Shown: positions 30,631 to 40,796 of the stretch, piece after piece
Numbering within the stretch: the first letter of the stretch is position 1
Layout of the letters: each line of letters begins with the position of its first letter
Source: an uncultured Lyngbya sp.
GTDB lineage: Bacteria > Cyanobacteriota > Cyanobacteriia > Cyanobacteriales > Microcoleaceae
Direction of reading: 5' to 3'
Assembly: GCA_964434975.1 (NCBI GenBank)
Contig: CAYSWY010000003.1
Coordinates: forward strand, 42,663 to 106,662
Length of the DNA: 64,000 bases
The notes under the pieces: generated by a model
What the model was told of the DNA's origin: nothing
Database searches by the model: none
Seen by the model: only the letters and a program-made list of their open reading frames with translations
Program-made: the position numbers and the translations under genes

Positions 30631-30681
30631 GTCAGGAGACACCGAGTCAGGTAGGGGCGCATTGCATGCGCCCGTCAGAAT
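30631..30681. repeat. Dispersed palindromic element, copy A
   Basis: The sequence is gtcaggagacaccgagtcaggtaggggcgcattgcatgcgcccgtcagaat. Its reverse complement recurs at 52785-52860. The core hairpin is gggcgca-ttgca-tgcgccc. Confidence 0.7.
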
Positions 30682-30687
30682 TCAGAC

Positions 30688-30754
30688 GTAGAGACGTTAC
30701 ATGTAACGTCTGTACACACCCGTCAGTAGAGACGTTCCATGAAACGTCCGTACA
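30688..30754. repeat. Two tandem GTAGAGACGTT..AACGTC hairpin units
   Basis: The units are gtagagacgttacatgtaacgtctgtaca (30688-30716) and gtagagacgttccatgaaacgtccgtaca (30726-30754). Confidence 0.7.
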
Positions 30755-30917
30755 CCGAAAGCGTTTTGATGCCTACTTGCCCGTTGCCCAATTCCCTAAT
30801 TCCCCCTTCCCCGCAAACTTACTTGTTTTTACCCAACAAGTGTGATAAGAACAAAACAAGATATTTGATAACTATTCTAGAAACCTAATCTCAACCTTAT
30901 TGTTGAATTTCTCCGCC

Positions 30918-32291
30918 ATGGCAAAGTTAATTTCTAAACGGACTCAATATCGCAATCAGCGAGGGTGGATGAGCGCCAAAAAATCTATAATTTTGGGTCG
31001 TTTATGGTTGAGATTAATCACTTCCGTTACCATTAGCGCCATCGCCCCTATCACTTTCATCAATAGTCCTGCTGAGGCGATGGTTGTGGAAGATTGGAAA
31101 TTGAACCCAAATACCGGAACAGTTGAAGTGCTGTTACCGGAAGGGATCATTCCTCAATTGTCTGTTTTATCTGAACCGGGTCGCTTTATCTTAGATTTAC
31201 CTCAAACAGAAGTTGGGGTCAATGTGACGGAATTCTACGAGGATAGTTTAGTTCGTCAAGTCAGTTTAACTCAGCTAGACAATCAAATCGCACGCTTAAC
31301 GGTAGATTTTGCCCCCGGTGTTGTTTTAGATACTCAGACAGTCGAATTACAACAAATTGGGATTGAGAATTTATGGATCGTCCGGCCCGAAATACAGACT
31401 GTTGCAGCGCCTCAACTCACCCCAGAAACGTTAATAGAACCCCCCGCACCTCCTGCTGCAATGACAGCAGACTCGACTGTAGACCCGAGTCCGACCATCA
31501 ATGAGTCGATGGAGCTGTTGAGAATTCCGTTAGAAGAACTTAGCCCAACTGAACTCCTCCCCGAAGAAAGTACCCTGCCACCCACTGGAGTGGTGGAAGA
31601 AATGATGAGTGATGCAGAACAAACCCTCACTGAATCTGCGATCGCACCTCCACAGCCCGGAAGCCGTGTGATTCCCTATGGTCAGCCCATACCCAAAGCC
31701 TCTGAACAAGAGGTGATTACTTTTCGACCTCAAATGATCGATCAGAGTCCTCCCACACTGCTGTTAGCCGCAGGGGATAGCGTCACTTTACGTTACCCGA
31801 GTCCCGTTCAAGTCCCTTTGATGCCTCGCCCAGATCGTCAGGAGGTGTTATTGTTACAAGGCGGAATTGTTGATCGACAAGGACAGTATATTATTCCGCC
31901 GGATACCCCAGTGATTGGCCGCTTTGAAACCAGTTCTAAAGGGAGTCGATTTGTTGCCGTCGCGATTAATTTAGAGGATCGTACCATTCCGTTTGCAGCT
32001 CAGTCAGAATGGATTGAAGGGGATCGAGATCTAGATCTAGAAGAGTTAGCGCTTGAGTCGGGTATTGGTGGCTTAGGCGGATTATTAGTGAGTGGTTTTT
32101 CTGGCGTGGGTTTATTAGTGGGCGCAGTCGGCGGTGCTGCTTTTAATATTTTCACATCCCCTGAACCCACAACTTTATTACCCGGTCAATTAATCGAAGT
32201 ACAATTAGCAGAAAATTTACCCAGCTCTGAATTTGTTTATTACGGGATAGATCAAGCACCCCCATTTATTCCGACCCCCGGCTTTAATTAA
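30918..32291 (+). CDS. AMIN-domain protein with a Pro-rich linker and a C-terminal glycine-zipper segment
   Basis: A signal or anchor is followed by the AMIN-like block EDWKLNPNTGTVEVLLPEGIIPQLSVLSEPGRFILDLPQTEV...RLTVDFAPGVVLD. Then come a PE/PT-rich spacer and GIGGLGGLLVSGFSGVGLLVGAVGGAAF near the C-terminus. The start is uncertain (30900, 30918 or 30969). Confidence 0.55.
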   Translation: MAKLISKRTQYRNQRGWMSAKKSIILGRLWLRLITSVTISAIAPITFINSPAEAMVVEDWKLNPNTGTVEVLLPEGIIPQLSVLSEPGRFILDLPQTEVGVNVTEFYEDSLVRQVSLTQLDNQIARLTVDFAPGVVLDTQTVELQQIGIENLWIVRPEIQTVAAPQLTPETLIEPPAPPAAMTADSTVDPSPTINESMELLRIPLEELSPTELLPEESTLPPTGVVEEMMSDAEQTLTESAIAPPQPGSRVIPYGQPIPKASEQEVITFRPQMIDQSPPTLLLAAGDSVTLRYPSPVQVPLMPRPDRQEVLLLQGGIVDRQGQYIIPPDTPVIGRFETSSKGSRFVAVAINLEDRTIPFAAQSEWIEGDRDLDLEELALESGIGGLGGLLVSGFSGVGLLVGAVGGAAFNIFTSPEPTTLLPGQLIEVQLAENLPSSEFVYYGIDQAPPFIPTPGFN

Positions 32292-32391
32292 GCATAAGCT
32301 AAATATTTAGAGAAAGAAAACTTTAACATCTTTCCTTAGGTAAAATTAGGGGATATATTACCCATGTATCTATTGCTATATCAATTTAATT

Positions 32392-33984
32392 GTGAGTCGA
32401 GATTTATTTGCCCGAGAAGCGTTAGGACAAATTCCTAAAATTCTAACTTTATTAGATCGAAATCCCCATAGCCCAACTTATGGCTGTTTTGATCGAAATT
32501 TTTGGCATTATAAAATTATTGATTTTCCCAGTGGCATGGCACAGGAATTTGTGCTGCCTTTAGCATTAGCCTATCATACAGATATTTCTGATAACCCTTA
32601 TTATCAAAAAGCGATTATTAAAGATTGGGTAGAAGCCGGAATATTGTATGCAGCTCGTACCGCACATCGGGATGGTTCTTGTGATGATTATTTCCCATTT
32701 GAACGGGCAGCAGGAGCTAGTGCGTTTTCATTAATGGCTTGTTTGGAAAGTTATTTAATTTTAGGTTTAATAGATTATGATATTCTGCGTTTTTTTGAAA
32801 AACGAGCCAACTGGTTAGCGTATCATTTTGAAAGTGGTCAATTAGCCAATCACGAAGCATTAATTATTCTCTGTTTAGAACAGTTAGGCAAGTTATTAAA
32901 AACTTCTAAATGGCGAAGAGTGATTAATACACGTCTCGAACGTTTACTCAGTTGGCAAAGTGAGGAAGGCTGGTTTAAAGAATATGAAGGTTGCGATCCA
33001 GGTTATCATACTTTAACGATATCTTGTTTAGCGCGGATTGAGCAAATTCGACCCGATCCTCGGATTAAAAAAGCGTTAGTTAAAGCCGTTGAATTAGCCG
33101 CCCATTTTATCCATCCAGATGGTTCTTATGGCGGAGAATATGCCAGTCGTAATACTTATAATTTCTTTCCCCATGGCTTTGAATTAGTGGGGGGATGGAT
33201 GCCGGAAGCGCTACGGATTAATGATCGGTTTTTACAAGGATTACAACAGGGTTTAGCGCCGTGTTATGCTGACGATCATATTGTTGGGCATCATACTTGG
33301 AATTATCTGTTAGCTTGGCGAGATTTCAGATCACAACGTCCCCCCTATTCCCCCCGTGATGTTGCGAGTTTATGGTTAAAAGATGCACAGATTTTAATTA
33401 AAAGAAGACCGAATGTAGAACTTTATGTTGCTTTGAATAAAGGGGGCGTTTTTAAGTTATTTCGAGATAATAAATTAGTAATTTCAGATACTCAAGTTTC
33501 ATTGCAAGTTCGTCAAGGAAAAAAAATTAAAAATGCAGTGGCTCATTTAGTGGCACCTTATCGTTATCATCTAAATCAGGATGAAATCACAATAGAAGGA
33601 GAGTTTGGCTGGGCGAAGCAAACTCAAATGTCACCCCTAAAGTTAATCATTTTACGAGTGGTAATGTTAACATTTGGACGGTTTTTTCCTAATCTGATTC
33701 GTAAGCTTTTACAAAAAATATTGATTACTGGTAGAGAAGCAGCACCGTTTCGTTTTAAACGACAATTTCGCTGGGAAAATAATCAATTGATGATTACCGA
33801 TGAGATTTATGCAACTTCATGGAAAGATGTTATTTCTGCTGGAATTGCAGGGGATCAAACGTCAATTTATATTGTAATGAGTCGAACGTTTCAACGCGGA
33901 CAATTACAGCCTTGGTTGGATTTAACGGAGCAAATTAAAACCCTTAATACAGACCAACCTTTAAGAATTGAACGGAACTTCTAA
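32392..33984 (+). CDS. Hypothetical soluble protein, possibly an alpha/alpha-toroid fold
   Basis: This is a 530-aa ORF with a GTG start. It has three spaced motifs, TAHRDGSCDDY, SWQSEEGWFKEY and FIHPDGSYGGEY, reminiscent of prenyltransferase / terpene-cyclase / heparinase-type repeats. Confidence 0.45.
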   Translation: MSRDLFAREALGQIPKILTLLDRNPHSPTYGCFDRNFWHYKIIDFPSGMAQEFVLPLALAYHTDISDNPYYQKAIIKDWVEAGILYAARTAHRDGSCDDYFPFERAAGASAFSLMACLESYLILGLIDYDILRFFEKRANWLAYHFESGQLANHEALIILCLEQLGKLLKTSKWRRVINTRLERLLSWQSEEGWFKEYEGCDPGYHTLTISCLARIEQIRPDPRIKKALVKAVELAAHFIHPDGSYGGEYASRNTYNFFPHGFELVGGWMPEALRINDRFLQGLQQGLAPCYADDHIVGHHTWNYLLAWRDFRSQRPPYSPRDVASLWLKDAQILIKRRPNVELYVALNKGGVFKLFRDNKLVISDTQVSLQVRQGKKIKNAVAHLVAPYRYHLNQDEITIEGEFGWAKQTQMSPLKLIILRVVMLTFGRFFPNLIRKLLQKILITGREAAPFRFKRQFRWENNQLMITDEIYATSWKDVISAGIAGDQTSIYIVMSRTFQRGQLQPWLDLTEQIKTLNTDQPLRIERNF

Positions 33985-33989
33985 AGAAT

Positions 33990-35705
33990 ATGAAATTATT
34001 AAATAAGTTTCAATGGGGTGATAGTCTACTTCTGCTGATTTGGATTATTCTCGGTTTAGGATTACGCTTTACAAACTTAGCAGAAAAATCAGCTTCAAGT
34101 ACAGAAATTTCTACTTTAGGATTTAGTTTAGGCAACGGTTTTTTAGGAGTACCATTAAATCAGTTAATTTCTCTTGATACTCTTTTATCACCTTTACAAT
34201 TTACCTCAAATACTAATCCCACAGATGTGATTAATCGCCTCATGGGTGAAAGTAATCATCCGCCTTTATACTTTATTTTGACTCATTTTTGGTTACAATT
34301 GTTCTCTCAACCCGGAGAAATTGTTTCTTTAGAAATCGGGCGATCGCTGAGTGCTATTCTGGGAACTATAGCAATTCCGGCAATATTTTGTTTAGGGAGG
34401 TTAGCATTTCATTCTCGTAGTATTGCTCATATTTCGGCTGCATTAATGACTGTTTCTCCCTATGCAATTTACCTGTCCCAGGAAGCCCGACATTATACTT
34501 TAACTATTTTATGGCTCATTGCATCTCTGGGTTGTTTAGTGATAGCAGCAAAGTCTATTTATCAGCAGAAATTATTACCCGCTTGGGTTTGCTGTAGCTG
34601 GATAATTGTTAACGGTTTAGGCATGGCAACCCATTACTTTTTCTCCTTAGTATTATGTGCCGAAGGTCTGGTTATTGGGGGTTTATGGCTACGAGATATA
34701 TATTTAGGACAAAAAAAAAGTTTAGACAAAAATAACCCTTTTACTTTCGTTCTCAGAGGCTATTGGTGGCGGATTTATGGGGTAGCGATAGGGACTGCAA
34801 TGGCTTGTTTAGTCTGGCTACCTGTGTTATTACACATTCCCAATACAGACTTAGCCCAGTGGAATGGGGAGTTAGAAACCAGTTATGAATTAGCAGAAAT
34901 TTGGCAACCGTTAACCCGTTTCTTAGCATGGTGGGTGACGATGGTATTTCTGTTACCTGTAGAAGGAGTAAATACAGGCGTTATTATTGTTTCTGCCATC
35001 ATTGTTTTAGGGGTGTTATTGTGGGTAACTCCAGCAATTATTCGAGGATTTCGTTACTCGCTGAATTTGAAATACTCTCGTTTACCTCTTCAAGTTTTAG
35101 CGGGTTTTATTGTTAGTTCAATTCTAATTTTTATCATCATCATCTATGGCTTAGGAAAAGATTTGTCATTGGCTGCACGTTATCATTTTGTTTATTTTCC
35201 AGCTATTCTTACCGTTTTAGGAGTTTGTCTGGCTCCTTTGTGGACACAAAATATCAAATTTTTCGGCAAAAAAACAGTCATTGTGATATTACTCCTGGGA
35301 TTTTTAGGAAGTTTAACTGTTATTTATAATTATGGTTATCAAAAATCACGACGATCTGATTTACTGGTTAATTCTATTCAAAATTATTCAGAAAATTTAA
35401 ATGTAATTGCGATGACTTATAACACTCATGCCGAATTACGAGCATTAATAGGTTTAGGCGTTGATCTTCAACGTCAAGGCCCTACAATAGCACAGAAAAG
35501 TAAGTTTTTATTAATTCAAGAAAACACAAATATTCCAGCAATAACCACTTTAAAAAATCAGCTTAATATAATTCAGCAACCTTTAGAGTTATGGGCGGTT
35601 AATTTAAAAGTTGAAAGAGATAAAATAGAATCTCTAAATTGTGATCGAGACGAAGAAAAACCCAAAATTAATGGTTATCGAATCCGATTATATCATTGTT
35701 CCTAA
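33990..35705 (+). CDS. PMT_2/GT39-like polytopic membrane glycosyltransferase
   Basis: It contains LGLRFTNLAEKS..., the ESNHPPLYFILTHFWLQLF signature, and at least 10 hydrophobic helices. It starts 5 nt after the preceding gene. Confidence 0.6.
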   Translation: MKLLNKFQWGDSLLLLIWIILGLGLRFTNLAEKSASSTEISTLGFSLGNGFLGVPLNQLISLDTLLSPLQFTSNTNPTDVINRLMGESNHPPLYFILTHFWLQLFSQPGEIVSLEIGRSLSAILGTIAIPAIFCLGRLAFHSRSIAHISAALMTVSPYAIYLSQEARHYTLTILWLIASLGCLVIAAKSIYQQKLLPAWVCCSWIIVNGLGMATHYFFSLVLCAEGLVIGGLWLRDIYLGQKKSLDKNNPFTFVLRGYWWRIYGVAIGTAMACLVWLPVLLHIPNTDLAQWNGELETSYELAEIWQPLTRFLAWWVTMVFLLPVEGVNTGVIIVSAIIVLGVLLWVTPAIIRGFRYSLNLKYSRLPLQVLAGFIVSSILIFIIIIYGLGKDLSLAARYHFVYFPAILTVLGVCLAPLWTQNIKFFGKKTVIVILLLGFLGSLTVIYNYGYQKSRRSDLLVNSIQNYSENLNVIAMTYNTHAELRALIGLGVDLQRQGPTIAQKSKFLLIQENTNIPAITTLKNQLNIIQQPLELWAVNLKVERDKIESLNCDRDEEKPKINGYRIRLYHCS

Positions 35706-35768
35706 ACTATCCAACAATAGATTATAATCATAAATTTAAACGCTATCAACGTATCATTTTCTTGATTA

Positions 35769-36461
35769 ATGCCATATCAAATCACGATTTCTCCAAAAGC
35801 AGTTTTTAAATACTTAACCATCATTGTCATTATCTTGACTTTAGCCAGTATTCCCATTCAAATTGGTAAATATATTTTTGATTATAGAGCCGCTTGGACA
35901 AGAATGTTTAATTTAGATCGAGAAATGAATTTACCGACTTGGTATTCTGCTTTGATGTTAGCTTTTTCTGCTTTACTCTTCAGGATTATATCTATTAATA
36001 AAAACAATGAAAAAGAACGTTACTTTCGTCATTGGAATTTTTTATCGATTCTGTTTCTATTTCTAGCATTTGATGAACTTTTTCAAATTCATGAGATTTT
36101 TATTATCAAAGATATTTCCAGAATGTTACCCGGATTTTTTTATTCAGTTTGGGTGATTCCTTATGGGATTGCTTTAATTATTTTTGCTCAAAAATATTGG
36201 CGGTTTACCCGTGATTTACCCCATAAAACCCGGTTTAATTTTATTATTGCTGCAATTCTTTATATTGGCGGCGCGTTAGGAATGGAAATTGTCGGCAGTT
36301 ATTGGACGGATTTAGAAGGACAACAAAACCTGGTTTATGCTTTAATGGCAACCTTGGAAGAAGTGATGGAAATGATGGGAGTTATTGTTTTAATTTACGG
36401 ACTTCTCAACTATATTAAAACTTGGCATAATGATTTGAAAGTAAACATCAAAATACTGTGA
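35769..36461 (+). CDS. Hypothetical integral membrane protein (230 aa)
   Basis: It has six or seven hydrophobic segments. I recognised no family. Confidence 0.45.
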   Translation: MPYQITISPKAVFKYLTIIVIILTLASIPIQIGKYIFDYRAAWTRMFNLDREMNLPTWYSALMLAFSALLFRIISINKNNEKERYFRHWNFLSILFLFLAFDELFQIHEIFIIKDISRMLPGFFYSVWVIPYGIALIIFAQKYWRFTRDLPHKTRFNFIIAAILYIGGALGMEIVGSYWTDLEGQQNLVYALMATLEEVMEMMGVIVLIYGLLNYIKTWHNDLKVNIKIL

Positions 36462-36467
36462 TAATTA

Positions 36468-38180
36468 TCAATTTATCTTTTCTGATAGACAAACTGCTTT
36501 TAATAGAAAAAATCTTTCACTCTGATAAATAGAACAATCTTTAATATAATAAGTTAAACCGGGTAATTTACCTTGACTAATATCATCTCTTGCCTGACTG
36601 ACAATATCTGTATCTTGCCATTGTTTTAACCAAGGATTTTCATTAAAATATTCTCGAGTAAAGCCTTGACTATCTAACAAAATTAAGTCAATCTCATATT
36701 GATTAATCAAATTAACGATAGGGTCTAAAGTTAGGCTGTATTGTGCCTGAATTAAATCAAAAGTTCGTTGACGAATTTGAGTATAATAACCAATTTGGTA
36801 AGGAATAGCATACTCATAAGCTGTTAAAACAGATAGTTTAGAAAACGAGGGAATATTATCAGCCGCTTCAGATAAAGATGCAATATAAGTATCTTGAGGT
36901 TGTTTTAATAAAAAATCATACAGTGATGATTCTTTGGGTTGAATATAATTAGGTGATGTAAACTGATCTAAAAAACTCGGATAAAAAATTACCGTAAAAC
37001 ATAATAATCCTACGATAAAGACAGAAAGTATTTGTTTAGATGATAACAGTGAATCGATTAAAATAGTAATTGTAATCCCTGCTAAAATTGCAATAATTAG
37101 ATAAAAGCTATGGCTAATATAACGATTGGGTAAGAATAAACGAAATAGTAAAAGATGCGCCGCAAAAAACAGACTGATAGAAATAATTAACAGTTTGGGA
37201 ATGAATAGAATTGAGGGTTTAATTTTTTTTAGCAGGGGAAATTGTCGCGGGAATAGAAATAAAATTGGGAATAATAAGCCTAAACTGAGTGTAACTGGGG
37301 TTAAAATTCCTCTAGGAATCATACCGCTACGAATACCTAAAAACCAATATTGAATCGGATTATCGCTGAAAAAACTGGCTCTTCCTCCTGAATAAAACTC
37401 GGGTAATTGTATGGCTGCTGTTTTGCTGATAATCGGCCCAAATTCTGAGGTATTTAATAAATAAGTGAGTAAAAGTATAATTGAAAGGATGAAGCTAAAT
37501 AAATAGAAATAACGCTTTTTCTTGTCAATTGTTAAACTGAGTGTATTTTTTCTAAAATTAAATAAGCTAATCAAGATTATACTCGCAGAGAGTAAGACGC
37601 AGGGCGGATAAAATAAACCTTCTAACAATAGAAAGATTACCATTTTTAGATAAGACTGAGTGATAGAATAATATAAAAATCCAAAAAATAAAGGATATGA
37701 AAAAGAGGAGGCTATTGCTGCAACAAAAATATCTTTCATCCAGATACTTTGATTGAATAAAGTTGTGGCAATAAATGCAGCAATAGGAATTGGAAAGAGT
37801 TCAAAACAAATTCCAAAGCAATAAGAACTCATGATAATTCCTAATCCTAACGATAGACATTTATTAATTACCATCGGATCAATATTGAATGCTGAAAAAA
37901 AGCGATAAACTGCAATTAACCCTACAGGTTCTACAGATTGAAAAAAATCCGCAATTAAATCATTCGGAAACAAGTCGGGATTGAGAAAACGACTCATCCA
38001 AAAAATATGTTTACGCGCATCATCTTGTACAATATAATCACCATCAAAAGCTTGATTAAATACTAGGAGACTATAAATTACACTAAATGTTAAACTTAAA
38101 CCTAACCAAACTAATGTTTTTGCACTAAATAATGTTTTCTCTGTCGTGATCAGAAAATGCCGCAAAGACTGAATCAACAT
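36468..38180 (-). CDS. GT-C-like polytopic membrane protein, paralogue A
   Basis: The 570-aa protein has YIVQDDARKHIFWMSRFLNPDLFPNDLIADFFQSVEPVG directly after TM1. It has many TM helices and a C-terminal soluble domain. It is a full-length paralogue of 39081-40796. Confidence 0.55.
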   Translation of the reverse strand: MLIQSLRHFLITTEKTLFSAKTLVWLGLSLTFSVIYSLLVFNQAFDGDYIVQDDARKHIFWMSRFLNPDLFPNDLIADFFQSVEPVGLIAVYRFFSAFNIDPMVINKCLSLGLGIIMSSYCFGICFELFPIPIAAFIATTLFNQSIWMKDIFVAAIASSFSYPLFFGFLYYSITQSYLKMVIFLLLEGLFYPPCVLLSASIILISLFNFRKNTLSLTIDKKKRYFYLFSFILSIILLLTYLLNTSEFGPIISKTAAIQLPEFYSGGRASFFSDNPIQYWFLGIRSGMIPRGILTPVTLSLGLLFPILFLFPRQFPLLKKIKPSILFIPKLLIISISLFFAAHLLLFRLFLPNRYISHSFYLIIAILAGITITILIDSLLSSKQILSVFIVGLLCFTVIFYPSFLDQFTSPNYIQPKESSLYDFLLKQPQDTYIASLSEAADNIPSFSKLSVLTAYEYAIPYQIGYYTQIRQRTFDLIQAQYSLTLDPIVNLINQYEIDLILLDSQGFTREYFNENPWLKQWQDTDIVSQARDDISQGKLPGLTYYIKDCSIYQSERFFLLKAVCLSEKIN

Positions 38181-38267
38181 AGTACAGGTTTATTTTAAAG
38201 GTTTAATCAACCGGAGAATTATAAACTATCATAAAAAACAAATTTATAGTATATTAAAGGAGAGATA

Positions 38268-39056
38268 TTGAAGCGAGTTAACTCAAAAGATAAAATGCTT
38301 TATCGCATGAACCCTTTAAAGCGATTTTCAGAAAGAGCCGCTTATTATGCTCAGTATAGACCGACCTATCCAGATGAGGCCATCACCAAAGTTATTGCTA
38401 ACTTAGGGGTTCTGGATACACTAATTGCGGCGGATATTGGCGCAGGTACGGGTATTTCTGCTCGGTTATTGGCGGGTAAAAGTGTCAATGTAATTGCGAT
38501 AGAACCGAATCGTGAAATGAGCCAAGTCGCCACTATTAATCCGAATATTAAATTTAAAGTAGGAACAGCAGAACAAACAAATTTACCCGATAAATCTGTT
38601 GATTTAGTCACGGCTTTTCAAGCATTTCATTGGTTTAATCCTGAACCTGCATTATTAGAATTTAATCGTATTTTAAAACCGTCTGGACGTTTAGCAATTG
38701 TTTGGAATCATCGCAATAGAACCGATGAATTTACACAAGCATATAGCCAGATTTTAAAAAGTGCTTCTAAAGATCATCCAGCCGAAAAAGCAACCCGTCG
38801 TAAATCAATTGATTATGTGAAAGAAAGTTCTCTTTTTACTAATTTCAGATACTTTGCAGTGACTCATCACCAAAAGCTGGATTTACCGGGTTTAATTGGT
38901 CGAACTCAAAGTGCATCTTATGTTCCAATTGTTGGAAAAGAAGCAAAGCGGATTATTCATGACTTAGAAAATATTTATGAAAAATGGAAAGATCAACAAG
39001 GATTTGTCTATATTGCTTATCGAACGGATATTTATTTAGCTGAAGCTCAAACTTAG
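38268..39056 (+). CDS. Class I SAM-dependent methyltransferase
   Basis: Motif I is IAADIGAGTGISARLLA. Post-I is VIAIEPNREM, and later blocks are VDLVTAFQAFHWF and LKPSGRLAIVW. An AGGAG lies 5 nt upstream of the TTG at 38268. ATG codons at 38295 and 38304 are alternative starts. Confidence 0.8.
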   Translation: MKRVNSKDKMLYRMNPLKRFSERAAYYAQYRPTYPDEAITKVIANLGVLDTLIAADIGAGTGISARLLAGKSVNVIAIEPNREMSQVATINPNIKFKVGTAEQTNLPDKSVDLVTAFQAFHWFNPEPALLEFNRILKPSGRLAIVWNHRNRTDEFTQAYSQILKSASKDHPAEKATRRKSIDYVKESSLFTNFRYFAVTHHQKLDLPGLIGRTQSASYVPIVGKEAKRIIHDLENIYEKWKDQQGFVYIAYRTDIYLAEAQT

Positions 39057-39080
39057 TCTAAACCTTAAAATAAACTCAAG

Positions 39081-40796
39081 ATGAATGATACTTTAAAACG
39101 GCTAAAAATTAAGCTTTATCACCCTAATCCTAAATATTTTTTAGCGATAGGTTTTGCTATTTCAGTCCTGTATAGTTCTTTAGCGTTGCATGAAGCATTT
39201 AGCCAGGAATATATCATTCAAGATGATGCCCGACAACATATTTTTTGGATGCAGCGGTTTTTAGATCCTGAATTATTTCCCAATAATTTAATTGCTAATT
39301 ATTTTCAATCTGTCGCACCTTTAGGTTACAAAATACTATATCAGTTTTTTGCAGTCTTCAAACTCAATCCTATTTTTATTAGTAAGATTTTACCGACTTT
39401 TTTAGGACTGATTACGACTTATTATTGTTTTCAAGTTTGCTTAGAAATTATCCCTCTACCGCTTGCGGGTTTAATTTCATCAATTTTACTCAATCAACAA
39501 CTTTGGCTGAATGATGGCTTGGTTTCTGCGACTCCTAGAGCATTTATTTATCCTTTATTTTTAATGTTTCTCTACTATATTTTACGAAAATCAATCATAT
39601 CTACAGGAATAGTCATTAGCTTAATTGGTTTATTTTATCCTCAATATATTTTAATTGTTTTTGGCATTCTCATCTTAAGACTATTTAGAATAGAGTCAAA
39701 TAATCTTCATCTAAATGTCAATCAAAATGACTGTTTTGTTAGTATTACTGGCTTAGCAATTGCTTTTATTGTGATATTATTTTACGGGATTCAATCAAAT
39801 AGCTATAGCCCAGTTATTACAGTAGAAGAAGCTAAAACTTGGTCAGAATTTAGTGGTGCAGGAAATAGTGCTTTCTTTAGCGAAAACTGGTGGCAGTATT
39901 TTGTTTTTGGTCAACGGAGTGGTTTTTTAGCCCGCCATTTATTTCGTCCTCCCCTACTCTTTGCTGGACTCCTACTCCCAATAGTAACAACACAATTTAA
40001 AACGTTTAAAAACCTGAATAAAATTAAAATAATTTATCAAATATTAATCTCATCTTTCACTTGTTTTATCTTATCTCATCTCTTCTTATTTAAGCTTCAT
40101 CTTCCGAGTCGATACACCCGATACAGCTTTCAAATTATCTTAGCTTTAGCGGCTGGAATTTCCCTTTGTATTATTTTAGATCTTTTATTTCGTTGGAGTT
40201 TGAATCAAAATACGATTAAACAGTGGCAACAAACAACAACCCTTGGGTTAATCATCATCATAGGATTAAATATAGCGCTAGGATCTTGCTTTTGGGGAAA
40301 GTTTCCTAAAACCCAATATATTACTGGAACTGTTCCTGAACTTTATCAATTTTTCAAACAACAGCCTAAAGATATAGTGATTGCTTCAATTGCCAAAGAA
40401 GTCGATAATATTCCCACTTTTTCTCAACGTTCTATTTGGTTTGGTTGGGAATATAGCGTTCCCTATCATTTAGGCTATTATAATCAAATTAAACAACGAG
40501 CGACTGATTTTATTACTGCACAATATAACTCAGAACTCAATCCGATAAAAACTTTAATTAGACTACAGGAAATTGATTTTATTATCATTGATAAATCTGC
40601 ATTTGAGAGTGAGTATATTTTAAAGAATAAATGGTTAACTCAATGGTATCATTCTCTCAGTCAAAATATAGAACAAAATCTGCAAAACGGTCAAGTTCCG
40701 GCTTTGGTTCAAACCCTCAGTCAATGTTCTGATTTAGAAACCGAAAAATTATATGTCTTAAACACAGATTGTATTTTAGATTATCCTCAGGAATGA
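39081..40796 (+). CDS. GT-C-like polytopic membrane protein, paralogue B
   Basis: The 571-aa protein has YIIQDDARQHIFWMQRFLDPELFPNNLIANYFQSVAPLG. About half of the first ~100 aligned residues are identical to paralogue A by eye. The two proteins are colinear to the C-terminus. Confidence 0.55.
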   Translation: MNDTLKRLKIKLYHPNPKYFLAIGFAISVLYSSLALHEAFSQEYIIQDDARQHIFWMQRFLDPELFPNNLIANYFQSVAPLGYKILYQFFAVFKLNPIFISKILPTFLGLITTYYCFQVCLEIIPLPLAGLISSILLNQQLWLNDGLVSATPRAFIYPLFLMFLYYILRKSIISTGIVISLIGLFYPQYILIVFGILILRLFRIESNNLHLNVNQNDCFVSITGLAIAFIVILFYGIQSNSYSPVITVEEAKTWSEFSGAGNSAFFSENWWQYFVFGQRSGFLARHLFRPPLLFAGLLLPIVTTQFKTFKNLNKIKIIYQILISSFTCFILSHLFLFKLHLPSRYTRYSFQIILALAAGISLCIILDLLFRWSLNQNTIKQWQQTTTLGLIIIIGLNIALGSCFWGKFPKTQYITGTVPELYQFFKQQPKDIVIASIAKEVDNIPTFSQRSIWFGWEYSVPYHLGYYNQIKQRATDFITAQYNSELNPIKTLIRLQEIDFIIIDKSAFESEYILKNKWLTQWYHSLSQNIEQNLQNGQVPALVQTLSQCSDLETEKLYVLNTDCILDYPQE

